From Octopus sinensis (lineage: Eukaryota), in contig NC_043004.1 in the NCBI RefSeq assembly GCF_006345805.1, forward strand, positions 11,284,001 through 11,348,000: 64,000 bases of DNA, written 5' to 3'. The notes under the pieces are model-generated. The model was given only the letters and a program-made list of their open reading frames with translations. It searched no databases and was not told where the DNA came from. Position 1 is the stretch's first letter. Each line of letters begins with the position of its first letter. The position numbers were made by a program, and so were the translations under genes. This document shows positions 38,017-53,799 of this stretch, piece by piece.

Positions 38017-39642
38017 GACAGAGAGAGAACGAGTGAGAGAAGGATTTATATATATATTATATGTATCCGTGTGTGTGTGAACGTATGTGCGTTTGCGTCT
38101 GCATTTATATACATAGAAACACAGGATGCAGAAAATACCCTTCCTTCCGTCTATTACATGTAAATAAAGAGTGTTTATTGTACAATTATATAACAATTTC
38201 ATTATATAACTTCAAAAATGGCGGAAATCAGGAAATTGACCAAAACGAAAGGCCACCGTCTGAAGGAAAAAAAATCATAGATTCTATGGAGATAACAGTT
38301 TGTGATGGTGCATAGACTTTCCAATAAATGCTCATCTAAATTCAACGGTTTTGCGTATGAAAGCCAACAATGGCACAAAAGCTCCGGAATCAAGCCAAAA
38401 TGTAAGCCTCACATTAGCTACACTGTAAGTCTTTCTACTCTAAATTACAACAGAAGTAAAATAACAAAGCAACAGTTAAATAGCATTTTCAGATTGTGCA
38501 GTCGATGTCATCCAAAAGAATATAGTCTATGCGATCTATCGTTGCCAATACCTGGGAAAAATGGTAACTATTCGTAGCTATGACAAACTAGTTAGTTATA
38601 TGAGTTGGGCATAATGCCTAATCGAGATAAGTAACTACTTAACTACTTACTGAAATCGATACAGCTGATTATTTAGTCAAATCAAACCAAAACGTTAAGC
38701 AAAGTAAATGGCACGTATATACATTAAAATGTGCGTTTGACTTTGAAAGAACTATACGATTCTGGGAAATCTTGTGCAGAGATTTACGTACTGACATCTA
38801 AAATCACGGATGTCAAATGTCGATAAAGTAACAAAGGAAGAGTCGGTACTTTGTATTTTCTCACTGACGCATCGATGTTTCCGTGGTCAAGACATTTAAT
38901 CTGAATTCTTATTCTATCTTGCACTAAGTAGAAAGTCGTGTTATAAGTACTTACTCAGAAGTGCTTTAGCAGGTTTCTAACTTTCGTTTTCTTAATGTGT
39001 TATGTTCGTATGAGTTGTACAGAATGGACTTTCGCCCCTCCTGATTCCCTGCACAACCAAACCACTGGCTCATTCTTGATTCCTATAGCGAGTTGGTAAA
39101 ATCTCCGATTACCTTACTCGCACGTTTTTATATTTTTGTTTCCCTGATTTTCCCTGCTTCTCATCTACGGTTTTCCTGTTATCACCGGGTACCCAAGACT
39201 TTGCCTTCTCCTTTGATGTCCTGTGATCTTAGCCTTTTGCTCCTTAGTGTGTTAAGGTGTTTCCTTGTGATTTCTGATTGTTTAAATGCTTCCAACTCAG
39301 GCTATCGATGACCTAACCAGACACGCAGTATCTAGATCTCATATGCTGCAATGATTAAGCTGAGTAATTCATACCCATAAAATCTCTACTTCGATCATTT
39401 GCGTGATATCTTGGAGTTATACAATTTTCTACATGTATGGGTAGAACTAATATATGATAGTGAAACTGTGAAACCATAAGAAGGCCGTCAGTTATACTTA
39501 TAATTCAAAATTGCGGCGCTCCCCACAACAGAAAATGCGTTCAAGCGGACTCTACTGCGAATTTTTTACCCCACGAGTTTGCTCGAAGGGACAGCCATGT
39601 TAAAGTGGCTACGAATATTATATATATACGCGTGTGCGTGTC

Positions 39643-39854
39643 GTTTACTTGTTTCAATCATTTGACTGCGGCCATGCTGGAGCACCGCCTTTAGTCGAGC
39701 AAATCGACCCCAGGACTTATTCTTTGTAAGCCTAGTACATATTCTATCGGTTTCATTTGCCGAACCAGTAAGTGACGGGGACGTAAACCCACCACCATCG
39801 GTTGTCAAGTGATGTTGGGGAGCCAAACAGAGACACACACACGTATACACACAC

Positions 39855-39900
<46 letters not shown>

Positions 39901-40035
39901 GACAGGCTTCTTTCAGCTTCCGTCTACCAAATTCACTCACAAGGCTTTGGTCGGGCTGAGTCTATATTAGAAGACACTTGTCCAGGGTGTCATGCAGTGA
40001 GACTGAACCCAGTACCATGTGGTTGGGGAGCAAGC
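39643..40035 (-). mobile_element. SINE (CR1-tail family) with internal microsatellite
   Basis: Reverse complement of 63137-63545, including the GGCGGTGCTCCAGCATGGCCGCAGTC tail. Confidence 0.8.
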
Positions 40036-40884
40036 TTCTTAGCACACAGGCACGCTATATGTATTTATATATATATATATATACATATGCATGTATGTGT
40101 CTATGTATTTGTATGCATATATGTATGCATGTATGTGTGTATGCACGTGCGTGTCACCTATGTGTGTGTGTGTAGCTGCTTCCCCATCACTGCTTGTCGA
40201 CTGTTGTTGGTTTATTTACATCTCAGTAAAGTAGCGATTCGGTAGAAGAAAATCGCTCGAATAAGCACCAAAGTTAACGATAGGTACTGGAATGGATTCG
40301 CTCGACTGTAGCTTTCAATGCGATGCCCCAGAATGGCCGTAGTTCAGTCACTAATACAAGTAAAATATAATGATCAATTATTATAAATTGGCATGATTAA
40401 TTTATATGTCTAATGTCACAACATACAAATGGGATCATCCTAAAATATCTAATATTGAAGTAACGTAGGTATGTTTGACCGGTAACAAGTACCTTAATCC
40501 GTTGGGGTCTTTGAGAGTTTCTACGTGAATTCGTCTACAATTTATCTGTATGTGGTTGTTTGTGTGCGTGTGTGTGTGGTTCCATGTGTGAGTTTCTGTG
40601 TGTGTGTGTAATTGTGTGGCTGTATGTATGTGCGTGTGTGTGGTTGTATGTCTGTGTTTGTGTGGTTGTATGTGGGTGTGTATATATGGTTGTATTTTTG
40701 TGATCCTATGTGTAGAGTGTGTGGTTGTATGCGTGTGGGTGTGGTTGTATGTGTGTGTGTGTGGTTGTATATATGTGTGGAGGTTGCGTGCTCGCGTGTG
40801 CGTGTGTAGTTACGTGTGTGTGCGTGTGGTTGTATATGAAATATATGGGTACATAAATTGCTGTAGTCTAATTGTTGTTGACAA

Positions 40885-41092
40885 ATTCGCCATGCATCGT
40901 GTCTAGGCCGGAAGAAGCCTGGCAGAGCCCATCCCTCTCCATTCTAAATTCATTTCTACAGTTTAGTGGACTGGAGCAACGTGAAATGAAGTGTTTTGCT
41001 CAAGAGCACAACGCATCCCCCGTACCTGGGACCGAAACCACATTCTTACGATCGTGAGTCCTACACCGTAACCAGTAAGCTACGTGACTCCA
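40885..41092 (-). mobile_element. tRNA-derived SINE, CORE-like
   Basis: CTGGAGCAACGTGAAATGAAGTGTTTTGCTCAAGAGCACAACG, shared with 10523-10860. Confidence 0.7.
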
Positions 41093-41112
41093 CAGATATG
41101 TTTACACTAAAG

Positions 41113-41309
41113 TATTGGTTCCCAAACTGTGAGTCGCCCCCCACAGATGGGTGGCGAACGGAATCTTAGTGGGTCGCAAAAAGTTAAAAAATTACGCATT
41201 AGCTTTGATTAACTGCTGTCTATCGAGATAGTTCAAGACTATAAGTGGCTCGTCATAAACTGGTGTGATAAATAGTGGGTCGCGACTCTAAAAAGTTTGG
41301 AAACCACTG
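41113..41309. mobile_element. hAT (Charlie-like) MITE with 8-bp TSD
   Basis: TIRs (TAT)TGGTTCCCAAACT / AGTTTGGAAACCACTG; the direct repeat CACTAAAG sits at 41105-41112 and 41310-41317. Confidence 0.85.
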
Positions 41310-42791
41310 CACTAAAGCAATACGTACAATATAGAAGACGAGCAAATGAAAGAGCCCAGATATAGTCGCCTGACTTTGTAGAAATAACAACCAACTCTTC
41401 ATCATAAGCTAGAATTACATTCATGGAAGTATAGTGCGCATTGGATAATATGGCCCTTCGTACACAGCTACCGAAAAAATGACTGGAAGGCCACAACTCG
41501 ACAGTCTGTATGAACTTCGGTTGATCTTTGGGTTAAAACAAGCAATAACAATAGAGAGAGCATTTAGGGCCTCACTCCTAAAAATATAAACCAAATATCT
41601 TTCAAATCACATCATAACGCCACGGAAATGTTTTGAAAGACGTTGTGCATAATGAGTGATTTGAAAGACATTGTGCACGTGTTCCTATGTCCGTAGCACA
41701 TATAAATAAAGGGGGCGGTCACGGCTGGAAGGTTTTCAATCACTGGTACGTTTGAACACAACTAAAATAGTAGTGGAGGCTGATGCGATTTGGTTGTGCA
41801 GGTGTAGTAGTAGTAGTAGTAGTAGTAGATGCGGAAGGGGAGAAGAAGAAGAAGAAAAAGAAGAAGAAGAAGATGAAGAAGAAGAAGAGGAATCCGATAC
41901 AGCTAGAATTCCAAAGCAAAGTGTTAAATAGCGTTAAATAAGCCCAGCAGGAGACATTCAGGTCAAATAACAGTAATATAATTCAATCTTGGCTGTCAAT
42001 CGAACAACGAGAAATGACTCGTGTCACACTGTTGAATTTTATGAATGCTGTCGATGAAATTGACCTAACGTGGAAGAAGACGATCGGGGAATCATAATAG
42101 GCACATCCCAGGGGGAGAGAGGGAAAGCGAGAGAGAGAGAGAGAGGGAGTGAGATAGCATTTAGGAGGCTTAATCTCCATCAATAGGCTATTCCCTTCAT
42201 GATCGAACACTGCGATCAAAACGCGAATTGTTCTCATACTGGTGAAACAAATGCAAGTAGCCGGTAAGGTTGAGCCATGACAAACAGTGTAAATTAAGGT
42301 GCCTCGCGTTACTCGTTCAAGGACACAACGTTCCCTAGCTGAAATTAATTACGTGGAAGTCAATGATGTTTTAGTATCTATACAGGCGGTGCCCCAGCAT
42401 GGACACAGACTGGAAATTAAAACAAAGAATATACAGGCGTGGCTGTGTGGTAAGAAGTTAGCCTCTCAACTATATGGTTCTGGGTTCATTCCCACAGCGT
42501 GGCATCTTGGGCAAGTGATTTCTACCGTGCAAAGGCCTTCTGAGTGGATCAGGTAGATAGAAACTGAAGGAATACCGTCGTATATAGTTAAAAATTACAG
42601 TATAATTAAAACCCGAAGATAGGTGTATAAACATGCAGGTGTATTAGTATGACGGTTGGGAAGGTGAGAAAGTCTTAAGTTTCGAGCCTACGCTCTTCAA
42701 AACAAAGGAACACACACATGCATATATACTTATCTATCTATCTATCTATTTATCTGTCTGTCTGTCTCTCTGTATATATATATATATATAT

Positions 42792-43343
<552 letters not shown>

Positions 43344-43719
43344 ATATATATATATATATATACAACTTATAAACAAGAGCAAAAGAAACTTATTCCTATG
43401 CAATATGCTGATAACAGACTTTTAAATCGTCAATTTCCACATATTATATACCCACTACAGAAATACACTGTACTGAGATCGGGAAGCTAGTCAACAGATT
43501 TTTTTTTTTTCAAGTACGTTATTTCTATATTGAATCAATTTCGGAATTAATCTCATAGATTTTTCCTCTTCAGTAGAAAATACGATAATATATAAATGAA
43601 ATACTTACATGCGCCCATGGAAAAAAAGCCGAAGCAAAATTCATGAGTACATATAAGTACCCCAGTTATATCTAAATATAAAAATCCTTGGTTAGACTCA
43701 GTACACGTGTGAAGAAGAA

Positions 43720-43788
<69 letters not shown>

Positions 43789-44071
43789 CGTGTGTGTATG
43801 TGTGTGTGTATATATGCATGTATTTTTGTATATACATATATATATGCATGCGCCTACGTGTGCGTGTCTTTGTGCCTGCATTTCTCCCCAACCACCACCA
43901 GCACCACCACATGACAACCGGTGATGTTTTGTTTACGCCTTCGTAAGCACACATACATACAGACTCAAACACGCACATACACACACAGACAAATAGATAG
44001 GTAGATAGATAAAGAAAGTGAAGTACACAGACTGAGCAAGAGCATATTTACACATACGCATTTATATATAG

Positions 44072-44104
<33 letters not shown>

Positions 44105-44162
44105 CCAGGATGCAAACACGCACACATACACACAGACATACATATGCATTGCCTATATATAT

Positions 44163-44204
<42 letters not shown>

Positions 44205-44209
44205 TATAA

Positions 44210-44247
<38 letters not shown>

Positions 44248-44414
44248 CGTCTGATGCGTGTGTGTGTGTGTGTCAGTCCAGCTGGAATTAATTTTAAAAT
44301 TAAACACTTCAACACTTGCGGTGAAAAATTATTTTATTGCGATTTAAAAAATGCTGCTGTCACGTAAAATTTCCAATCCAGTAAAATACGAGCACACACG
44401 GATATAGACGTGTC

Positions 44415-44785
44415 TATACATACATACATCCATCCATACATACATACATACATACATACATACATGCATGCATGCATGCATGCATACATGCATGCATGCA
44501 TACATACATACATTCATACATACATACATACATAATACACATATACATACATAAATACATACACACATACATACACACATACATACATACATAAATACAT
44601 ACACACATACATACATATATACATACATACATACATACATGCATGCATGCATACATACATACATACATAATGCATACATGCATAATACATACATACATAC
44701 ATACATAATACATAAATACATACACACATACTACATACATACATACATACATACATACATTCATACGTACATACATACACACACA
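44415..44785. repeat. (TACA)n/(TGCA)n microsatellite array
   Basis: Directly visible. Confidence 0.95.
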
Positions 44786-45502
44786 GATGTGTATATTGTA
44801 TGTATATATGTATGTATATATGTAGATATATATGTATATATGCATGTATATCTATGTATGTATATATATATTTATACATATATATATATGTTTGTATGTA
44901 AGTACGTATGTGTGTATGTATATATGTACACAGACCTAGACAGATTAATAACCTTGCTCCATGTAGCTAGTTCGACGATTATATAAATTAACTATCAAAC
45001 TCGATATTTCCAATGAATGGTTATATTTTATATCATTCCTTGTCACTGTCTAAATATCTTTCTCTCTATCTCTCCAGCAATCTGTTTATCTAACTATCTA
45101 TCTATCTATCTGTCTGTCAGTCTGTCTACCCGTCTATTTAAACGCGTGTATTATTTGGGTATCATAAGATATAATTAAAGAAATATATATTTGTGAGTGT
45201 GTTTATATAATTTATGATTACCAATTTGCTTATTACTTGTGTATAGATATAAATGTGAGCATATGAACATTTGTGTGCATATATATATACATATGTCTAT
45301 GTGTATATGTATGTATGTATGTATGTATGCATGTACGTATGTATGTATGTATGTGTGTATGTATGTATGTATGTATGTATGTGTACATATATATACACAC
45401 ACATATACATGCAAATACATAGATCCGGTGGGTAGATATGCATATATCATACATATATTTATAAATATGCACATAGGTATGCATGTATAAATATGCACAT
45501 AG

Positions 45503-45538
<36 letters not shown>

Positions 45539-45584
45539 ATATAATGTATATCAATATATATATAGATATATATATATAATATAT

Positions 45585-45664
<80 letters not shown>

Positions 45665-46302
45665 ATAATTATATATATATATATTACACACACAAATGAA
45701 TAGGTACCAAGATATTTGCCTGTGTATGTGTGTGTATGTGTGTGTGTGCGGTTGTGTATTATTTTGAATATATGAATATGTCCTTATTGAGATGGTAGGT
45801 AATTCTTGAGCAGGTAACTTGAAATCCAGATTTGACTGCGAACGCAATAGAAATAGTGTTCTGTCAATGAGATTTAGGTGAAGGCGTTGCTTCAATTCTC
45901 ACCACATGACTCCAAAGTCAACTTTATTGCAGTTATTTCCGCATTTGTTCAATTAATCTTTCACTTCGAAACTTGTCAATTACTTTCGTTGCATGGCACA
46001 ATGGCGTTTAGATAGAAACTCTGAAACTTTTCAATAAAATATCCATCTCTATTTTATTCTCTTGTTCTCTTTTTCCAATTCTCTTTTCTCATTTTATATA
46101 TTGGCAATTAAATGGTTCTTACCGTGCTTCTGACATATGGCTTTTAATCTGTGAGACACGAAAAATCTGCTTGTATCCAGCAGAGAAGAAGACAAACGGA
46201 GGAATAAAGCCTTAAAAATGAAGTTAAGAGCAGCACACTGGAGTTCATACATCTAAAGGAAGAGGGTGGCTACACCGTCTCTGATTTCAGTGTTGTTTCT
46301 AC

Positions 46303-46349
<47 letters not shown>

Positions 46350-46556
46350 ATATATATAGATATAAGCATATTTTTTATCTATATGATAAGGTTACACACA
46401 CATACACACATATATGCATGCATATATATTAAACATATGGTTTGTATATATATTAATTATATATTATATATATATATATATATATACATATTTGTCTCAG
46501 TTTATTATAAATACAAACATACATGTATATGTATATGCATTATATAACACATTCAT

Positions 46557-46591
<35 letters not shown>

Positions 46592-47276
46592 TATAATATA
46601 ATATATATATATATATATAATATATATATACATTATATATATACATATACATATACATATACATATATATATATATATATAAATAGATATATATAGATAG
46701 ATAGATAGATAGATAGACAGATAGACAGAAGATAGATATAGATAGATAGACAGATAGATAGATGGATTAGAGAAAGAGAGATTTATACATCTACTCATAT
46801 TACACATATATTTATTATCTACCATATCTCAATATGTATACTTGTGTGTTAATATATTAAAATATATATATTATATATTATATATATATATATATATATG
46901 TATACATATGAATATATATGAAATATATATATATATAGTATATATATATTACATATATATATATATATATATAATTATATATATATATATATATACAAAT
47001 ATACCTGTATACATGTATAAATATATACAACATATAAATATAAATATATATATATATGTTGTGTGTGCTGCTTAAGAAAACTGACATGAGCCAGAATATG
47101 TACATACACATACAAGCGTATACACACAATACACATGTACACATACAGAGAGAAACATACAACGGGGATTAATGAGCGTATGTGTATGCACCTGCACGTG
47201 CGACTGTGTATCTGCGCTTGTGACTACATAAAAAATTATTCTTCGGACTACACACTATTTGTATTTGGAGTGTTAT

Positions 47277-47316
<40 letters not shown>

Positions 47317-47419
47317 CATATATATATATTTGTGCGATTGAGGTTATATATATATATAATTATATATATATATATAATTTATATTTATTATTAATTTTAG
47401 ATATATATGTATACGTGTA

Positions 47420-47452
<33 letters not shown>

Positions 47453-47455
47453 TAT

Positions 47456-47493
<38 letters not shown>

Positions 47494-47880
47494 TATAGAT
47501 ACTACCACATGGCAGGTTCATGTACCCATATATATATATTATGCAGGAGCATATACATCCATTTGTGTATATTGAGATGAAGTATAATATATACAGAAAG
47601 AACTCATTTCCAAAGCAGGTATTTCAATCTTTATTGATTTCGCGTGAGAACAGAAACAGTGGTTTGAGCTGTAGAGAATCTATCAGATGTAAGTTTTGTT
47701 TTTCTTATAAGGCGATGGATTTTTTTGTTTAATGCAAGACAATATCGTTATTTACTTATTTACGCGGATTATTTATTTACTCGTTCGGTATTGTATATTA
47801 TCGTCACTGCTATGAGAACGGAGAACAATCAATTATTTCCCTACATATATCATTACACGTAGCTTTTTTGTGTTCTATTA

Positions 47881-47923
<43 letters not shown>

Positions 47924-48199
47924 ATATATATATAAATACATACATATATACAATACATAAAAAATATATAGGTATATATTGTTATATACACATATAGTAT
48001 ATATATAAATATATATATATGTATACTCATGTGTAGATATGTATATATATGTATATATATAGAGAGAGAATCATAGATAGACCGTATTGTATGTTTGTAT
48101 ATGTGTGTGTTTATGTGGGTGGGTGTATTCTTTCGACAAATTAGGTATTCTCATGTTATATGGTTTATATAACGTAGATCATATATCTATTTAGAATCG

Positions 48200-48500
48200 T
48201 TCGACTTTCACCCAAAGAGGAGAATTGCATAACATTTTGTAACATATAAATGTTTGGCTGATAGGAAAATCGCGTACAGTGAGCCAAATATTCACTATAC
48301 AGCATCCAAAACCATCTTACAATATAAGATATGTATATGGGATATGGCTCGACATTAGCCATAAAAGATATCCTGGAGGTTTAAGCTGTAGAATATGCTC
48401 AGGTAAAAACGTGTGATGAGGGTGCAAATATTTTTGTCTAATTACAGTCATTATATAACCTCTGGGAATCATATACACAGGTAAATCTAAGTACTGGTTT
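48200..48500 (+). mobile_element. Possible highly decayed RTE-like RT fragment
   Basis: Remnant RTVSQIFTIQ resembles the R.T.DQIF.L motif of RT domain 2; weak. Confidence 0.3.
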
Positions 48501-49065
48501 GAAATGACATAGGTGACATGGAGCACTTTCATACGTTAGTGATTGCATATTTATATCAGTTCTTATAACGATCTCATCATTGAAATTTTTTGTTGAAATG
48601 TTACGGTAGATGGGTAAAAGGAACGTCTAGAAATCGATTTTCGTTGAAAATGAAAGTAGAAGACGGGAAGTAGAAAAAGCAAGGAGTAAGAGGTTAACAA
48701 TGGAGTAGAAGAGAAAATGAGGAGCATATAATGAAAACACGCGAGAGAGAGAGAGAGAAAGAAAGAGAGGAAGCGTGGAGAGAATGAGTGCGCAACACAA
48801 GGAAACATTGAAGTGCGGAATGCTGAGTTGTATTCTCCCGCACATCTGTTACTATTTAAGATCAAGATGATGGCCATAAGCCTTGCTCTTTAAATATTCT
48901 ACTCAAATCATATTCAATATGCTACATGCATTTTCAATCAGAAGTATCTTTCTTTAGGACGCCTCCATTTGATAGACATCGGAAGAGGAATTCAACTATT
49001 CCCAACTGCCACCACGTATGTGAGTGTGTTTGTATGTGTGTGTGTGTGTGTGTGGTGTGTGTGTG

Positions 49066-49175
49066 TGAAACCAGTTAAAGCTTTAAATATATTAATATAA
49101 ATATTTTAACTATTCTCAGTGCATTTTCAACTTATATTATTCCTATATTCCTCCCTCTGATAAAATAACTTTGTT
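49066..49175 (+). mobile_element. Short pLTR-like fragment, related to 49890-50015
   Basis: GTGAAACCAGTT...TTTAAATATATTAATAT...AACTATTCTCAGTGCATT repeated ~830 bp downstream. The longer copy has a decayed HHR-like motif at 49871-49910. Confidence 0.55.
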
Positions 49176-49188
49176 ACACACACACCCA

Positions 49189-49246
<58 letters not shown>

Positions 49247-49443
49247 ACAAATTTGGAGGACTGACCACTAAAACAATGGACAGCCTAAATGCTAGATATA
49301 GACGTCAAAATCGCCATTTTCAGTGTCTAGTGGTCAGTACTCTAACTTTTGTATGTAAAGCAATTTTTAATCTTCGGATTTTTTAAAAATATGCTAGGAC
49401 ACTGGTTTTAATTGAGTAATATCAATTTCTACCCCTATTTAAT

Positions 49444-49489
<46 letters not shown>

Positions 49490-50012
49490 TGTATAAAATA
49501 TAATATAATATAATATAATATAAATATATATATATAGGGTAGAGAAATTAAAGACATCTGCCAGTGGCTAGCATGCATAAAATAGTCAATAGACAACATA
49601 TGTTTGAAATTACCCTATTTTTATAGGAAGCTCAATGTCTCAAATTAGTATTTGTTTTGAAAAGGATTTGATTGGTAGAAGATAGTCACAGTTAAGGCTG
49701 ATACGGTTCACTGAATATGTCCAAAGTATCAATGCTCCGAATTCTTTCTGTCAAGTGTTTGTAGAGAATGAACACATGATTAAGTTTAATACCTTTAGTA
49801 CGTTTCCCGCTACGACCGTGCCTTAGTATATTTTGCGCTTAAAAAGAATAAAAAAAAAGTTCTGCTTGAACTCTTTGAAAGTCAGTGTAAACTGTGAAAC
49901 CGGTTATTATAGGTTTAAATATATTAATATGAAATATTTTAACTATTCTCAGTGCATTCTCAACTTATATTTTTTCCTATATTCCTACCTGTGTTAAATA
50001 AAATAGCTTTGT

Positions 50013-50044
<32 letters not shown>

Positions 50045-50059
50045 ATCTCATGAGCACCA

Positions 50060-50228
50060 CCAGCAAAAATATTTTTTCCTCTATCTTCCCTTCTTGGGAT
50101 CTTTCCTTCTCCTTGTTTCCGACGAAGAGCTCCGCTCGAAACGTTAAACCCTCCTTCCCTTCTTCCTGAGCGTCAATAATACTTTAATTGTTCCACGTTC
50201 TCGCGTTGCTGTGTGTTCTTGTTTGGAT

Positions 50229-50233
<5 letters not shown>
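50060..50233 (+). mobile_element. Short HHR-bearing element, copy 2 (motif 50115-50149)
   Basis: Near-identical to 10893-11080, with an identical GTTTCCGACGAAGAGCTCCGCTCGAAACGTTAAAC motif; ends in (TA)n. Confidence 0.75.
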
Positions 50234-50303
<70 letters not shown>

Positions 50304-50490
50304 CCTCTCTGTAGCTGTGTAGCTTAGAGGATTCGGGCACCATGCGGTTCAGATTATGAATATATCTCTATGAAAGTATAGTTACATGTATGTTGGTGTA
50401 TGTGTATATATACACATACATGTATATGAATGTATATGAAACAATGTGCGTGCCTAGATGTGTGCCTGTAAATGTGAGTAAATAGTTATG

Positions 50491-50543
<53 letters not shown>

Positions 50544-50547
<4 letters not shown>

Positions 50548-50793
50548 AAACGACAGACTATGCTGATGATCTTGCAGATGTTCGCGTATACATATACGTG
50601 AATATTAACAAGTGAAACTGATTAGCATAGGTAATCGTTTTTTATTTCGTATATTTTCACTTGTCTTGCTTATTTTTACACTTTGGTTTTTTACTGAGTT
50701 TTTTCTTGAGAACACCCTTCGTGGAAAATAGCGATTTTCACGTATATATCTAGCATATTGACTGTCCACTTTTAGTGGTCAGTCCTTTAAATT
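50544..50793 (+). mobile_element. TA-embedded element with long-stem-II hammerhead-like motif
   Basis: CTATG-CTGATGA-[CTTG..13-bp hairpin..CAAG]-T-GAAACTGATTAG-CATAG (50558-50630). Its 3' end is the reverse complement of 49250-49320. Confidence 0.55.
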
Positions 50794-50799
50794 ATATAT

Positions 50800-50846
<47 letters not shown>

Positions 50847-50847
50847 T

Positions 50848-51197
50848 TTTATTCTCTTACTTATTTTAGTTATTTGACTGCGGCCATGCTAGAGCACCGC
50901 CTTTAATCGAACAAATCGATCCCAGGACTTAGCCTATGTAAGCCTAGTACTTATTCTATCGGACTCTTCCGCCGATTCGACAAGATACGGGGACGTAAAC
51001 ACACCAAAATCGGTTATCAAACGATGATGGGGGAATAAACAGACACAAACACACACACATGTACACACATATATACACACACACGACGGGCTACCAATCC
51101 CGTGGCTATAGTAGAAGACGGGTTGCCCAAGTTTCCACGCAAGGGGACTGAACCCGGAACCATATGGTCGGGAGCAAGCATCTTACACACTGCACCT
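50848..51197 (-). mobile_element. SINE (CR1-tail family)
   Basis: TTTGACTGCGGCCATGCTAGAGCACCGCC...GGACTGAACCCGGAACCAT. Confidence 0.75.
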
Positions 51198-51355
51198 ATG
51201 ATATATATATACATATATCTATATATATATATAATATATATAATACATATATAATACCTATATATTACAATAATAGTATATATATAATATATTACATACA
51301 TATATATATACATACATAATACATATATACATACATATATACATATAATACATAT

Positions 51356-51400
<45 letters not shown>

Positions 51401-52473
51401 CTGAGTGGAAATTGAACTGGTGAGTGTATTAATGAATAAGGTTTTAAAACAGAATACGTTTCCCCGGACACCAAATATTTTTCAACACATAAACTCAAAT
51501 TAACGAATCTTGCAAACCAAATACAAAAATGATATATATATTATATAATGGCGGTTGCCCCAGCATGGCCACAGCTCATGAGCTGAAACTGGAATCAATC
51601 AATCAATCAATCATATATATATATATATAAATATATATAATAATTATTCTTTTACTTCTTTCTGTCATTTCATTGCAGCCATGCTAAGGCACTACCTTAA
51701 AAGGTTTCTAGTCGAAGAAATCGACCGCAGGACGTATTCTTTGTAAGCCTTGAACCAATTCAATCGGTCTCTTCCCGAACTGCTAATTTACAGGGATTTA
51801 AAGACATCAACATTGGTTGTCAATCGATGGTTGGGGGTGGGGTAGTCACACACATATATATGCATACATCTATATCTATATCTATCTATCTATCTATATA
51901 TATATATATATATAAAATGATATGTACAATTATTCAATAGTCAAGACAAAACTCTGAGTTTCAGATGCCGAGTAAAAGACACTTGCCCAATATGGCATAT
52001 ATTTATTTATTTATTTATTTATTCATTTATTTATTTATTTATTGTGCTGATGCACGTGTATATATATATATAAATTTTGGTATACGATTATGAAGTAGCA
52101 TTACGTTTGTGCGTTTGCATCTAATATGAACTGAAGTTACCTGATTATACCTGATTACACTAACGACGTATTTCATAGATGGAATATATTGTTATGAACT
52201 AAGGTTGTCCTAGACGTCTGAATCAAAGAGAAATATTTTGAAACATTTGCTGATAACAGCATCAAAATATTCAGTTTCTGAGGAGCTAAAGATTTAGCAA
52301 ATAACAAGTGCAATGATAAATTTCCATAATATTAAATCTGTAACATATAACCATTCGCTCTACAATTAATTTATACTCGCATTGAGCTTTCTCTTGGTCA
52401 CCGGTCTCCATTTTGATTCAAAATGTTTCCTATAGATATAAGTAAGCATGTTTATACCTGTGAGTATATACAT

Positions 52474-52555
<82 letters not shown>

Positions 52556-52848
52556 TAATTTTAGAGACAGAAGCACCTTCAACTGAATCAACACTGAAAG
52601 ATTTTATATCCGACCGCTTGATAGAATGTCAAAAATTAAATCTTATACTAACTATATCTATTCTGAATCCTGTATTTTCCGTTTATAAGACTACACGTGT
52701 TTCATGAAAGTACGAGGTATCTAGTTTCAATAATTACTCGGGTTGACATATATACTAATTAAACATTGAGAAATGTTCATTTTAGTACATCTAATTTGAA
52801 TGTCATTATCCTGTGTACTCGGAAGTAATATTCCCTAATAATTATAAC

Positions 52849-52885
<37 letters not shown>

Positions 52886-52886
52886 A

Positions 52887-52955
<69 letters not shown>

Positions 52956-52957
52956 AT

Positions 52958-53465
52958 ATAAGCTATAGGGAAAGACTCAAGAGTTTGAGACTCTATTCCT
53001 TAGAGCGTAGGCGAGAAAGATATGCCATAATATACATCTGGAAGTTCCTAGAAGGACTTGTCCCAAACTTTGGCATCGAGAGTTACACAAATGCCAGAAC
53101 TGAGCGCCACTGCATAGTGCCAAGGACTACAAATTTGCCATCAAGATGTAGGACAAGATACTGTGATAGCCTGGGCTTCCGAGGCCCACAGCTCTTCAAT
53201 ATCCTCCCGAAGAACCTAAGAGACCTGCATGGGCTGGATGCAGATGTCTTTAAAATGAAACTGGATCTCTTCCTGTCAGGTGTCCCAGATGAACCAACTT
53301 CACGGCAGGAGGTGCAGATGAGGGCAGCTGCATCGAACTCTCTCATGCACTAGATGACATTTGCTAAAAAGTATTCGTGAAGTAAAACCATGTAGCAACA
53401 CTAAATGGCGGTGCCCCAGCATAACCATAGCTTGTGACCTGAAACTAAATAAAATAAAAAATAAA
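52958..53465 (+). mobile_element. CR1-like LINE 3' end (ORF2 C-terminus + 3' UTR)
   Basis: SYRERLKSLRLYSLERRRERYAIIYIWK...GPQLFNILPKNLRDL...FKMKLDLFLSGVPDEP...SNSL*, then GGCGGTGCCCCAGCAT...CTGAAACT and a (TAAAA)n tail. Confidence 0.88.
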
Positions 53466-53491
53466 AAAAATAATATATATATATATATATA

Positions 53492-53531
<40 letters not shown>

Positions 53532-53757
53532 TATATATTATATATATATTATATATATATATATAATATATATATATATTGTTATATTTAGGAATGGTCA
53601 TATTGCCAGTTTAGCCAATAAAAACACACGCACTATATATTTGGTGTTATTTTGCTTCAGTGTTATTTATTTTTTACATTAATTTCGGCCAGAGTTCTTT
53701 TGTCACAAAAAAATCTTGCACAACAAATATATAAACGTATATATATATATATATATA

Positions 53758-53799
<42 letters not shown>

